Source: Candidatus Gastranaerophilales bacterium | GTDB lineage: Bacteria > Cyanobacteriota > Vampirovibrionia > Gastranaerophilales > Gastranaerophilaceae | Length of the DNA: 64,000 nt | Direction of reading: 5' to 3' | Assembly (NCBI GenBank): GCA_944323035.1 | Contig: CALUQY010000001.1 | Span: 3,131 to 67,130 of the forward strand | Part shown: one piece after another, positions 47,760 through 57,474 of the stretch | Layout of the letters: every line of letters begins with the position of its first letter | How positions within the stretch are numbered: position 1 is the first letter of the stretch | Notes under the pieces: generated by a model | The model's database searches: none | Told to the model about the DNA's origin: nothing | What the model saw: the letters and a program-made list of their open reading frames with translations, nothing else | Translations under genes and position numbers: made by a program

Positions 47760-47995
47760 TTCTTTTGTTGCGTTGGGCTGGAAAGCCCAAACTACTGGAA
47801 TAAGGCAATAGGTCATTAAGGCATTAAGGCAATATGACCTTTATATTATTTTCTGCCATTTCGGTCATATTCCTTATTAACTTTTTAACCTATTAACTTA
47901 TTAACTTTTCTCGTCCATTTGACCATATTGCCTTATTCTCTTATTGCCTTCTTCATTATGTACAATGTTTTCTATTTAGTCAAGCCTACAGGCTG
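47760..47995 (-). promoter_or_regulatory. Pilin upstream module (hairpin, 8-mer arrays in inverted pairs, TTGACT-N18-CATAAT promoter)
   Basis: ttgggctggaaagcccaa at 47771-47790. Arrays ggcaataggtcattaaggcattaaggcaatatgacc and the inverted ccttattaac..ttattaac. Promoter cttgactaaatagaaaacattgtacataat (minus) at 47955-47990. Confidence 0.55.
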
Positions 47996-48789
47996 AACGA
48001 GTCGTCTTTCAAAAGCTGCTGTTCAATTGTTTCTGACGGCGGAGTTATTCTTACAGGTATGCCTTTTTTATAATATTTCAGCCCGATACCTTCGTTCGGA
48101 ACCGGTTTAACATTGTCGGAATAATCTATAGTTTTATTTTCCAGCCGCAAGATAACGTTTTCTTCAACATCTTTCGCTATAATATTTTTGGAAAACGAAC
48201 GGACTTTTTCATAGTTATCAGCTGCAGCTGAGAAATTTTTCGCAGAAAAAGGCTTCTTATTTGATGCAAGCGGCATTGTATAGGATTTGTGCCACAGCGC
48301 AACCCCGTCTGTGTTATCAATAAGCATTACCATTGTAGTCCAATTGTATTGATAATCTATTTGAAAATCCGAAGCAAGCTTCAAAACATCCCATAGTTCA
48401 AGTTTTGCCTCATTTTTATCCTCAACATAGCCCACAACAAGTAACGTTTTATCAGCAGTACTTCTTAAAGATTTTACGAGTTTATCATAATCAATCAAAC
48501 CGGTTTTTCTGAACTTTTCCGCTGCAGTTTTAACATTAAAGTCATTGGCGGTCAAAGCTTTAACACTATCAAGCCGTGTGGTACTTATCTTATCACCTAA
48601 CAGAAAGTTCTGAATTATCTCACCGGCAACGATTTCAGAAGCCGTTTCAAACCCGTAAAAATTATTATTTTGAACATCAGTCATATAAAGCGGCAGCACA
48701 AAGATTTCCTCTTCTTTTGCGCACGCTGCCAAACCAATAAACATAAAAATAAATACCAGTAATTTTTTCATATCAATATTATACTCCAA
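47986..48789 (-). CDS. Hypothetical lipoprotein
   Basis: Lipobox-like MKKLLVFIFMFIGLAACAKEEE. Confidence 0.4.
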   Translation of the reverse strand: MEYNIDMKKLLVFIFMFIGLAACAKEEEIFVLPLYMTDVQNNNFYGFETASEIVAGEIIQNFLLGDKISTTRLDSVKALTANDFNVKTAAEKFRKTGLIDYDKLVKSLRSTADKTLLVVGYVEDKNEAKLELWDVLKLASDFQIDYQYNWTTMVMLIDNTDGVALWHKSYTMPLASNKKPFSAKNFSAAADNYEKVRSFSKNIIAKDVEENVILRLENKTIDYSDNVKPVPNEGIGLKYYKKGIPVRITPPSETIEQQLLKDDSFSL

Positions 48790-48842
48790 ATAAACGATTT
48801 TACAAAGAACAAATTATACTAAAATACTTTTTGAGGTGTCTT

Positions 48843-49226
48843 ATGAATTACCGTGAATTATTAGATAAAGCAAAAGAAGTTTCCCAAAACGCGTACGTAC
48901 CGTATTCAAAGTTTAAAGTCGGCGCGTGTGTATTAACGGAAGATGACAGCACTTTTTGCGGCTGCAATTTTGAAAACGCAAGCTACGGGCTTACGATTTG
49001 TGCCGAGCGCAACGCTATCGGAACAGCCATTGCAAACGGTCATACCAGAATAAAAGCTATTGCAATATATTCACCAAACGAGGATAACTGTTTCCCATGC
49101 GGAGCTTGCAGGCAGGTTATGACAGAATTCCGCGCCGGCGGCGATATGGACATCGTAACCGAAGTCAAAGGTGAACCGCAAATTTACAAACTTAGTTACC
49201 TCATGCCTGAAAGTTTTAAACTTTAA
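48843..49226 (+). CDS. cdd: Cytidine deaminase
   Basis: CAERNAIGTAIANG...PCGACRQVM, i.e. zinc ligands (H/C)AE...PCxxC of the homotetrameric CDA family. Confidence 0.8.
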   Translation: MNYRELLDKAKEVSQNAYVPYSKFKVGACVLTEDDSTFCGCNFENASYGLTICAERNAIGTAIANGHTRIKAIAIYSPNEDNCFPCGACRQVMTEFRAGGDMDIVTEVKGEPQIYKLSYLMPESFKL

Positions 49227-49426
49227 TGTATTTAATTGAACTTATTGTAAAATTATTCAGTAAAAAGAACGGCTACATCAGGCAGAAAACGCCGGAAGAG
49301 CTTGAGGAAGAACGCTGCGACCATGTTTTTATGCCGGTTGACAGCACCGGAGAAATTCTTGCCTGCCGGAACTGCGGCGCCATTGTGCACAAAAGCAATC
49401 TCAAAAAATATAAAAAACAAGATTAA
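49226..49426 (+). CDS. Small zinc-ribbon hypothetical protein
   Basis: CDHVFMP...CRNCGAIVH. Confidence 0.3.
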   Translation: MYLIELIVKLFSKKNGYIRQKTPEELEEERCDHVFMPVDSTGEILACRNCGAIVHKSNLKKYKKQD

Positions 49427-50135
49427 TTAAAAAATCCGCAACAAGCATATAAATCGTGGAAAGTATTGATGCCCGGGTCGTTGATATTCCGACCTGCTTT
49501 GCCCCGCCGGTTGTTGTATAACCCTGCGTTGCGCACACAAGCGTTATCAATGCTCCAAAAATCATTGCCTTAAAAAGGCTTATATAAACATCCCGAATTG
49601 AAAGCCATGCCCATACAGAACTTATGTATCTTGCCGGATGAAGGTCAATTGTCGCCTGAGCAACAAACATTCCGCCGACAATCCCGACGAATTCTGCAAG
49701 TAATACAACCATAGGAACAGTGAAAAATCCTGCCAGAATTCTCGGTGTAAAATAATACCCCACAGGATCAACTTTTAAGGTTTTAAGCGCATCAACCTGA
49801 GAAGTTACCTGCATATTTGCAATTTCTGCACTAATTGCAGTACCTGCCCTTGCGCCGATTGCAAGCGCCACAAACCCCGGGGCAATTTCTCTTATCATAA
49901 CAATTGCAATAGAACCGCCGATATACGTATCAGCCCCAGACATTGCAAAACTTTTCGCCACCTGAATTGTCATTACAAGAGAAGCGATAAATACAATCAT
50001 CAGGGATATCGGCAATGAGTCGTAACTTATTGCCGATGCCTGTGAAATTATTGTACTAAAACGCGCCTGTCCTGAGAACAAGTATTTAAAACAGCGTATT
50101 AAGTTTTGAACACATAAACCTAAGAATGTAAACAT
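49401..50135 (-). CDS. MlaE-like ABC transporter permease
   Basis: MlaE/YrbE-type multi-TM permease with conserved ...SLPISLMIVFIASLVMTIQVAKSFAMSGADTYIGGSIAIVMIREIAPGFVALAIGARAGTAISAEIANMQVTSQVDAL. Confidence 0.65.
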   Translation of the reverse strand: MFTFLGLCVQNLIRCFKYLFSGQARFSTIISQASAISYDSLPISLMIVFIASLVMTIQVAKSFAMSGADTYIGGSIAIVMIREIAPGFVALAIGARAGTAISAEIANMQVTSQVDALKTLKVDPVGYYFTPRILAGFFTVPMVVLLAEFVGIVGGMFVAQATIDLHPARYISSVWAWLSIRDVYISLFKAMIFGALITLVCATQGYTTTGGAKQVGISTTRASILSTIYMLVADFLINLVFYIF

Positions 50136-50149
50136 CTGTCCTATTAATT

Positions 50150-50262
50150 GTTAATAAATTAATGAGTTAATCACTGCCTCCGGCAGCGTTAATAAGGATT
50201 TTGTGAATTAACCCGAATTAATATTCATCAATTTGGTTATATTCCTAATTAACTTATTAACA
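50150..50262. mobile_element. Short MITE-like element with inverted TTAATNAG arrays
   Basis: ttaataaattaatgagttaatcac ... inverted cctaattaacttattaac, with conserved inner aatttggttatattcc. Confidence 0.45.
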
Positions 50263-50274
50263 TTATTTTGTCGA

Positions 50275-51186
50275 TTAGTACACCGGCATACACCAGTGTT
50301 TGTATTTAGCAACTTTACCTTTTACAACGTCAAAATACAGATTTTGTAATTTTGCCGCAACAGGGCCGACTTTACCGTCACCCAGTTTTCTGCCGTCAAT
50401 TTCAACAATCGGGCTGACCTGTGCACCTGTTCCGCAATAGAAAGCTTCATCCGCAAGGTAAAGTTCCGAACGGTCAATTGCGCGTTCTTCAACTTCAATA
50501 CCCAGATCTTTGGCAAGTTCAATAATAGTGTTTCTTGTGATGCCTATTAAAATACTGTCTGTTTTTGCAGAGGTAACAAGTTTTCCGTTCATAACCATAA
50601 AGAAGTTCATTGCAGAACCTTCTGTAACCTGTCCGCATTCATCCAGAACAATCGCATCATCAAAACCGGCATTATGCGCATCTGTCTTAATTAAAGCAGA
50701 GTTTGCATAAGCGCCGCTCACTTTAGCACGAGGCGGAATAGCATTATCGCTGTTTCTTCTCCACGAAGAAACACAAACCCGCAAACCTTTTGAAGTATCA
50801 ATATAATCGCCCATTTTGTTCGTCAAAAGAACAAAAGCGTCAGGGTTATCATAAAGCCCCGGCCCTACTTTTTGCGCGCATTTATATAAAGTTGGACGAA
50901 TATAAGTATTTTCTCTGTAATTATTCTTTTTCAACTGTTCAACAGTTAATTTGCAATATTCATCAATGCTCATAGTCGGCGTCATAAACATAATTTTCGC
51001 GCTTGCGAACATTCTTTCATAGTGTTCTCTGACCCTGAATGCATAAAGTTGCTTTTCTTCTTCGTTCCAATAAGCTCTTATACCCTCAAACACAGAAGTT
51101 CCATACAAAAAAGCATGCGTTCTGACCGGTATAGAAGCCTTTGTCGAATCAACCCATTCCCCGTTCAAATAAAAATATTCTGTCAT
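50275..51186 (-). CDS. ilvE: Branched-chain amino acid aminotransferase (class IV PLP fold)
   Basis: YLNGEWVDS..A.IPV..HAFLYGTSVFEGIRAY... and the typical IlvE layout. Confidence 0.8.
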   Translation of the reverse strand: MTEYFYLNGEWVDSTKASIPVRTHAFLYGTSVFEGIRAYWNEEEKQLYAFRVREHYERMFASAKIMFMTPTMSIDEYCKLTVEQLKKNNYRENTYIRPTLYKCAQKVGPGLYDNPDAFVLLTNKMGDYIDTSKGLRVCVSSWRRNSDNAIPPRAKVSGAYANSALIKTDAHNAGFDDAIVLDECGQVTEGSAMNFFMVMNGKLVTSAKTDSILIGITRNTIIELAKDLGIEVEERAIDRSELYLADEAFYCGTGAQVSPIVEIDGRKLGDGKVGPVAAKLQNLYFDVVKGKVAKYKHWCMPVY

Positions 51187-51341
51187 ATTTCTCTCCTTCT
51201 AAAACTTCTATTGCTATCATAGTACCACGAAAGATTATGAAAATACTGATTTTTATACTTTTATGAACAATTATTAATAATTAGGGCTTGCCAAAATACG
51301 CCAAAAGTGCTACAATAGTAGCAAAGGTGTGAGGTAGAATT

Positions 51342-51767
51342 ATGTTAGGTGCTATTATAGGAAACGGATTGTACGGAAATAAGTATGCCTTCGGGTTTCA
51401 GAATGCGAAAAAATCACAGGACGAACCGCAGGATGAGGAAAAACAGGCTTTAATAAAAAAGAATTATAATGAAATTTACGCCCACGAACTTGCACATAAA
51501 ACCGCAGGCGGACATCTTGCGGGTGCAATTGTGATAGAGCGTAATGCCGACGGCATACCTTTTGCCGGACATGTGGCTATAAAAATGCCATCCCTTAATC
51601 CTAATAACCCGCAGCAAACGATTAACGATGCAAATACGGTAATACGCTCCGCTATGGCACCGGCAGACCCTTCCGGTCAGGACTACAAGGTTGCGGCACA
51701 GGCAAGGAACATTAAATCCGAAGCTCAAAATATGGCAAGCAAACAAAGATTAAATTTATTAGCATAA
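51342..51767 (+). CDS. Hypothetical protein with HExxH motif
   Basis: YAHELAHKTAGGHL. Confidence 0.3.
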   Translation: MLGAIIGNGLYGNKYAFGFQNAKKSQDEPQDEEKQALIKKNYNEIYAHELAHKTAGGHLAGAIVIERNADGIPFAGHVAIKMPSLNPNNPQQTINDANTVIRSAMAPADPSGQDYKVAAQARNIKSEAQNMASKQRLNLLA

Positions 51768-51769
51768 AA

Positions 51770-51793
51770 AGGAGCCGGTTGGCTCCTTTTTTA
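51770..51793. terminator. Bidirectional terminator
   Basis: aaaggagccggttggctcctttttt between convergent genes. Confidence 0.65.
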
Positions 51794-53030
51794 TTAATTA
51801 CGCTTGACGCATTTGACCCTTTTGGCTTCTGTTTCATCTATAGGTTCAAGAAATATTCTTCCGGTTGTGCCGCTCATATTCCATGCTTTAGTTGAATCAT
51901 AGCGGCTGGATGACCAATAGTGTAGACTTGCAATATTAAGCAATTTGCTATTATAAAACATAGAAATAACTTCACCTATGTTTGGCACACGGTATTCTGC
52001 ATCCAAAGCCGTACAGGCCTTGGGTGCCTCATTAAAGTCAACTTCAACGCCCGCATTCCGAGGATACAGCATCGGGGCGACAACAAGGCTGTCTGACGGA
52101 TACAACACCGTCATTACACCGATGTCTTTACCAACAGCATTCGGACCTTTGCTGCCGTTTAGGTCATACACAAAGTTCGCACAAACCTTGCTCGCACCAT
52201 AGTAATCTGTTTCCTGCATATCTGCCCTGCAAGTTGGATTATAGAAGGCGAGAATACTTTCGCCATTCTGGGTTTCAAAAGCAGCGGCTTCGCTATCTAC
52301 ATTACTATAAGAATAGTCTATTGGTGTTGAAGCAGTAGTATCGGTAAATGACATACTTGTGTTTTTAGGGTTCAATTCACTGACGAGTTTTGGCATTGAC
52401 GTTGTACTGCCAGCGTTATCCGTAATCTGTTTTGAGGTTATTCCGCAATCTTCAAGGTGGTCTTTGTCGCAGATATTATTAATTTTCAAAACCTTAGAAA
52501 GCCCGGCCGTTACAAAAGTTTCGGCATCGGAATAGCCGTTCATTGAATCCATTAACGAAACTGCCTGTGAAAACCTTGCATATAGCGCTTTTCTTTGCGT
52601 ATTCCACGTTCGTTCATTAATGTTTCCTGTAAGTGACGGAAGCGTTATCGCTGCGACTACGCCGATAATTGTTAGGGATAACAGTATCTCAGCCATGGTA
52701 AACGCTGACCGTAAGCTGACCAGACCATTGTGGAACCGGCTCAGCCGGGCTGCCATCGTGAATGCGCAACGTTGGTTCTCCCGCCTGTCAAATTCTACGC
52801 AACGATTATCAATCGTTGCAGAATTTGTCCGCTCCTTACACTCGCGCTCCAGTCGCAACGGCGGCATCGTCCAGTTGCGCGCCCTGCCCGTTTCGCTCGC
52901 GCGAACCGGCGCCGGCTCTCCGCCCTTCGCTGTAGCTTTCACGCCGTCCGTGAGCACGGATTGCTTAGATAGAACCGGCTCAGCCGGCCCCCCCCCCCCC
53001 TGCATAAGTAATTACACTTCGGTTTTTCAT
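51794..53030 (-). CDS. Type IV pilin-like paralog, polyG OUT of frame (phase OFF)
   Basis: ATG at 53030 gives MKNRSVITYAGGGGAG*. Pilin frame 51794-53005 contains ..LRSA|FTMAEILLSL. C-terminal ~240 aa are identical to the 56046-57149 paralog. Confidence 0.65.
52988..53000 (-). repeat. Homopolymeric G13 tract (C13 on +)
   Basis: Counted ccc + 10c at 52988-53000. Confidence 0.9.
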
Positions 53031-53116
53031 AAGTTTTTCTATCCTTTCTGGCTTCTCGCCATTATCTAATTGTGCATATCGCAATACGACACATTGTTAT
53101 TATGTACTATTTTTTT

Positions 53117-53150
53117 AAAAAAGTAAAGCCCCTTTCGGGGCGTTACTTTT
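53117..53150 (-). terminator. Terminator hairpin 3' of oxidoreductase operon
   Basis: gtaaagcccctttcggggcgttac with flanking T/A runs. Confidence 0.5.
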
Positions 53151-53422
53151 TATTTTCTTTCAATTCTGATTGCACTGTCCGGACAAGTTAATTCACAAGT
53201 TCCGCAGGCAATACATATTGAAGGATCCGGTTCAACCGCAGGGGTTTGGAAAAGTCCGGTTTCTTTTGACCATTTTAAGCAGTCTTTACCCATTTTATTC
53301 ATTGGGCATTTTGCGATACAAAGCCCGCAGCCTTTGCAAAGGTCAGTGTAAACATAATAATCAGCTTTTCCTTTGCCTACACCTTCAATTTTGTATCCTT
53401 TATATTGTAATTGTTCTGTCAT
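53150..53422 (-). CDS. porD: 2-oxoacid:ferredoxin oxidoreductase delta subunit (2x[4Fe-4S] ferredoxin)
   Basis: CKGCGLCIAKCP...CIACGTCELTCP. Substrate specificity (pyruvate vs 2-ketoisovalerate vs 2-oxoglutarate) cannot be assigned from sequence alone. Confidence 0.7.
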   Translation of the reverse strand: MTEQLQYKGYKIEGVGKGKADYYVYTDLCKGCGLCIAKCPMNKMGKDCLKWSKETGLFQTPAVEPDPSICIACGTCELTCPDSAIRIERK

Positions 53423-53440
53423 TTTAATTACCTTTCCAAG

Positions 53441-53998
53441 TTATACCGCTGCATTAACCATTTCCATACCCATTTCAAGAGCTTTATAGTTTAATTCTCT
53501 CAATTCAGGTTTTACAGCGAATTTTTTACCTAACGCCAGCTCCATTGCGTTTTTGATATCTTCAACTTTCAAAACATTAGTTGCCGCAAGCAATACGCCA
53601 AGAATAATGATATTGAATACACGTGCGCTAAGTTTTTCATTAGCAATTCTGTTAGCATCAACACCGATAATCTTTTTGCATTTGCATTCCGGTTTTTTTG
53701 TACAAACTGATGTATCATAAACCACAATAGAATTTTCGTCAACGTAAGTATCGCATCTGTCGATAGCTCTGTCAGAAAGCATTATAACGATATCTCCTTT
53801 TGCGAAACGAGGTTCGCCGATTTTTTCATCAGCGATTTGACAGAATGCAATAGAAACCCCGCCGCGTTGTTCTACGCCGAAGTTCGGGATATATAATACT
53901 TGCTTGCCTGCTTCATAGCCGGCTTCAACAAGAATTTTAGCAACAGATTGAACGCCTTGGCCGCCTTCACCTGCTAATACCATTTTTGTTCTACTCAT
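53441..53998 (-). CDS. porC: 2-oxoacid:ferredoxin oxidoreductase gamma subunit
   Basis: N-terminal GEGGQG; size and position in the delta-gamma-beta-alpha cluster. Confidence 0.7.
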   Translation of the reverse strand: MSRTKMVLAGEGGQGVQSVAKILVEAGYEAGKQVLYIPNFGVEQRGGVSIAFCQIADEKIGEPRFAKGDIVIMLSDRAIDRCDTYVDENSIVVYDTSVCTKKPECKCKKIIGVDANRIANEKLSARVFNIIILGVLLAATNVLKVEDIKNAMELALGKKFAVKPELRELNYKALEMGMEMVNAAV

Positions 53999-54035
53999 AT
54001 TTTTACCTTTCTCCTATGTTAAACCACGCCCGATA

Positions 54036-54791
54036 TTATTCCAAGCCTTCTCTAACAAGGAATTCGTTAACTTCAAAAACGCTTTCCATTTGTTCCAATC
54101 TGCCCCACGTATCAACATTATTAGTTCTCCAGTTGAGCGGGCAAAGAGAGAGGACTTCAACAAATGAGAAGCCGCCCATTTCAACGTTTTTAAGCGCTTT
54201 TTTGAATGTTGCGCGAAGTTTTTTCAGGTTAGAAACAGACGCTCTTGCGACATAAGATTTTGCAGGATCCGCAATTGCCGCAACCATTTCCGCGCCTTTT
54301 GCAGGACGGCCAGTAACATCACAATCACGTCCGTAAGGAGTTGTTTCCGTTTTTTGACCCGGCATTGTAGTCGGTGACATTTGTCCGCCTGTCATACCAT
54401 AGTTAGTATTATTTGTAACGATAATCAGCATTCTTTCGGAACGAACAGTTGCGTTGACAAGGTGCTGTGAACCAATTGCCAAACCGCCGCCGTCACCCAT
54501 ATAAGCAATACCAATGGCATCTTTATTAGCTCTGGTAAACCCGTAGATTACAGGAGTTGTACGTCCGTGGTGGGTTTGAACGGTGTCTAAATCCATATAA
54601 TTCCACGAAAGCAATGAGCATCCGATATCACAACCGAAAACTGCTTTTTGTTTTAAACCTAAATCATCAATAGCCCAGGCTAGTGATTTTAATATCATAC
54701 CGTGACCGCAGCCGGGACAAAATTTGGAAGCGCCGACTTCCGCATTTTGTGCGTCAGGCAATTTTGGAGGCATTGTTAATAATTCTGTCAT
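54036..54791 (-). CDS. porB: 2-oxoacid:ferredoxin oxidoreductase beta subunit (TPP-binding)
   Basis: FCPGCGHG...GDGG TPP-binding motifs. Confidence 0.75.
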   Translation of the reverse strand: MTELLTMPPKLPDAQNAEVGASKFCPGCGHGMILKSLAWAIDDLGLKQKAVFGCDIGCSLLSWNYMDLDTVQTHHGRTTPVIYGFTRANKDAIGIAYMGDGGGLAIGSQHLVNATVRSERMLIIVTNNTNYGMTGGQMSPTTMPGQKTETTPYGRDCDVTGRPAKGAEMVAAIADPAKSYVARASVSNLKKLRATFKKALKNVEMGGFSFVEVLSLCPLNWRTNNVDTWGRLEQMESVFEVNEFLVREGLE

Positions 54792-54809
54792 TTTGTTTTT
54801 CTCCTTTTA

Positions 54810-55913
54810 CTAAACTGCTGCCGGAACGTCAGCCATTTCAACAACTTTGTTAACAATATCATCACCGGTAACACCTACACCCATTTTGAATAATGTTTGA
54901 TAAGGTGTTGTTAAGCCGTAGATTTTTTCAAGTACCATTTGTGCCAATTGACCGTTTGCAGATTCTGTAAACAGAACCTGTTTAGCTCTTGCTACTGCTG
55001 CTCTAAGCGGTTTAACATCAAGCGGTCTGATTGTAATCGGTCTGAATAAGCCGGCTTTAATACCTTTTGCTCTTAATTCATCAACAGCGGTCATTGCAGA
55101 ACGAGCTACAATACCGTGAGCAATAATAAGAATTTCAGCATCTTCCGTTTTATATTCAAAAGATTCAGCGACTTCTTCAGCCATTTTGTCGTAGTCAACC
55201 TGATACCGGTCAAGAACTTCCATAAGTTCTTCTTCCATATTGTAAGTATTTCTAAGGTGAACCGATTTTCTGTCTTTGCCGATTTCGCCTTCGCCGAGCA
55301 AGTAAGGAGAAACAGGAACCATTTTAATACCGCGGGAAGCAGGATCGTATAAGGTAACAGGTTCTCTCATTTTACCTTGATATCCGTCTGCCAGTAGGTA
55401 TGTAGGGAACTTATAAGTCCAGGCAGTGTTGAACGCCTTAATCATATAATCGTAAAGATCCTGGTGACCGGCAGTTGAATAAACGATTCTGAAACCTTCA
55501 CCATTTCCGCCAAAACAGGTCAAACGGGTTTCCTGCTGTGCGTAAATTACTGTAGCGGTAGAAGGGCCGCCTCTTTGCATAACCGCACAGACAAAAGGTA
55601 TTCTCATCATTTCCGCCATAGATTGGGCATCCTGCATGATTACGTTGCCAGGGCCTGCGGTTGCAGTGAAAGCTCTTTTACCGGCTAAAATTCCGCCGAT
55701 AGTCGAAAAGCCTGCGGAGATTTCGTCTTCTGTCTGTAAAAATCCTGCCTCTGTTTTTGGAAGCAATTTACACCAGGTGTGCATAATTTCGTTTTGCGGG
55801 GTGATTGGATAACCATACATAAAGTCAGCTTCCGCAGCGTTTGCAGCGTATGCCAGAACTTCATTCCCCGTCAAAAACATCTTTGTGTCTTCTTTGATCA
55901 GTTTGTTTACCAT
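54810..55913 (-). CDS. porA: 2-oxoacid:ferredoxin oxidoreductase alpha subunit
   Basis: FLTGNEVLAYAA... alpha-subunit N-terminus. Start at MVNKL, with RBS aagaaggtag, is preferred over the track start. Confidence 0.75.
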   Translation of the reverse strand: MVNKLIKEDTKMFLTGNEVLAYAANAAEADFMYGYPITPQNEIMHTWCKLLPKTEAGFLQTEDEISAGFSTIGGILAGKRAFTATAGPGNVIMQDAQSMAEMMRIPFVCAVMQRGGPSTATVIYAQQETRLTCFGGNGEGFRIVYSTAGHQDLYDYMIKAFNTAWTYKFPTYLLADGYQGKMREPVTLYDPASRGIKMVPVSPYLLGEGEIGKDRKSVHLRNTYNMEEELMEVLDRYQVDYDKMAEEVAESFEYKTEDAEILIIAHGIVARSAMTAVDELRAKGIKAGLFRPITIRPLDVKPLRAAVARAKQVLFTESANGQLAQMVLEKIYGLTTPYQTLFKMGVGVTGDDIVNKVVEMADVPAAV

Positions 55914-56018
55914 AAGTTCTACCTTCTTTTTACAAAAAATACATGTATCTTTTAATACATGTAATATAATATTATAAAAAATGATTTTAGGCAAAAAGAT
56001 TAAAGTAATGTAAATAAA

Positions 56019-56040
56019 AAGGCGGGAACATTGCCCGCCT
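56019..56040 (-). terminator. Rho-independent terminator of pilin-like gene
   Basis: aggcgggcaatgttcccgcct + T-run on minus. Confidence 0.6.
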
Positions 56041-56045
56041 TTGTG

Positions 56046-57149
56046 TTAACGCTTAACGCATTTAACCATTTTCCATCCGGTTGAGCTAATTGGCTCAATA
56101 AATATTCTTCCTGTTGTTCCGCTCATATTCCAGGCTTTAGTTGAATCATAGCGGCTGGATGACCAATAGTGCCTATTTGCAATATTAAGCAATTTGCTAT
56201 TATAAAACATAGAAATAACTTCACCTATGTTTGGCACACGGTATTCTGCATCCAAAGCCGTACAGGCCTTGGGTGCCTCATTAAAGTCAACTTCAACGCC
56301 CGCATTCCGAGGATACAGCATCGGGGCGACAACAAGGCTGTCTGACGGATACAACACCGTCATTACACCGATGTCTTTACCAACAGCATTCGGACCTTTG
56401 CTGCCGTTTAGGTCATACACAAAGTTCGCACAAACCTTGCTCGCACCATAGTAATCTGTTTCCTGCATATCTGCCCTGCAAGTTGGATTATAGAAGGCGA
56501 GAATACTTTCGCCATTCTGGGTTTCAAAAGCAGCGGCTTCGCTATCTACATTACTATAAGAATAGTCTATTGGTGTTGAAGCAGTAGTATCGGTAAATGA
56601 CATACTTGTGTTTTTAGGGTTCAATTCACTGACGAGTTTTGGCATTGACGTTGTACTGCCAGCGTTATCCGTAATCTGTTTTGAGGTTATTCCGCAATCT
56701 TCAAGGTGGTCTTTGTCGCAGATATTATTAATTTTCAAAACCTTAGAAAGCCCGGCCGTTACAAAAGTTTCGGCATCGGAATAGCCGTTCATTGAATCCA
56801 TTAACGAAACTGCCTGTGAAAACCTTGCATAAAGCGCTTTTCTTTGCGTGTTCCATGTTCGCTCGTTGATGTTACCGGTAAGGCTCGGTAATGTTATCGC
56901 TGCCACCACGCCGATTATCGTCAGGGATAATAATATCTCTGCCATTGTGAACGCTGCGTTTTTCGTCATCCCGAATTTAGTTCGGGATCTGTCCAACGTT
57001 ACCGGTAGCTCGCTTTGCTGGACAGACCCTGAATCAAGTTCAGGGTGACAATAAAATTTTACGTTGTCCGTGAGCACGCTTTCCGATTGTAGAACCGGCT
57101 CAGCCGGCCCCCCCCCCCCCGTGCAAATACTTACACTCTGTTTTTTCAT
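56046..57149 (-). CDS. Type IV pilin-like paralog, polyG in frame (ON)
   Basis: MKKQSVSICTGGGGPAEP... runs through G13 in frame to ..MTKNAA|FTMAEILLSL; an alternative short leader MTKNAA is also available. Shares its 3' ~720 bp with the 51794 paralog. Confidence 0.7.
   Translation of the reverse strand: MKKQSVSICTGGGGPAEPVLQSESVLTDNVKFYCHPELDSGSVQQSELPVTLDRSRTKFGMTKNAAFTMAEILLSLTIIGVVAAITLPSLTGNINERTWNTQRKALYARFSQAVSLMDSMNGYSDAETFVTAGLSKVLKINNICDKDHLEDCGITSKQITDNAGSTTSMPKLVSELNPKNTSMSFTDTTASTPIDYSYSNVDSEAAAFETQNGESILAFYNPTCRADMQETDYYGASKVCANFVYDLNGSKGPNAVGKDIGVMTVLYPSDSLVVAPMLYPRNAGVEVDFNEAPKACTALDAEYRVPNIGEVISMFYNSKLLNIANRHYWSSSRYDSTKAWNMSGTTGRIFIEPISSTGWKMVKCVKR
57108..57120 (-). repeat. 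Homopolymeric G13 tract (C13 on +)
   Basis: Counted ccc + 10c at 57108-57120. Confidence 0.9.
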
Positions 57150-57199
57150 TTCTTCTATCCTTTCTGGCTTCTCGCCATTGTCTAATTATGATACCGGCT

Positions 57200-57470
57200 T
57201 GACCGCCGGTCCTTTCTTTGTTTTGCGTTGGGCTGGCAAGCCCAAACCTACTGGTCTAAGGCAATAGGTCAATAGGGCATCATGGCAATAGGACTATTTC
57301 TTTTTTCCATTCGGTCATTACGACTCATTGCCTTATTTTCTTATTGCCTTCCTTATTATGTACCATATTTCAATTTTAGTCAAGACCGATAGCAAGGGTC
57401 TAATTAGGAGGCCGCCTTGACCGGCGGTTATGTACCATGTTTTCAATTTAGTCAAGTTATGATATAACAA
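57200..57470 (-). promoter_or_regulatory. Pilin upstream module with tandemly duplicated promoter unit
   Basis: Hairpin ttgggctggcaagcccaa at 57222-57240; 8-mer arrays; two copies of cttgactaaa..ggtacataa at ~57350-57385 and 57440-57470. Confidence 0.5.
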
Positions 57471-57474
57471 TAAT

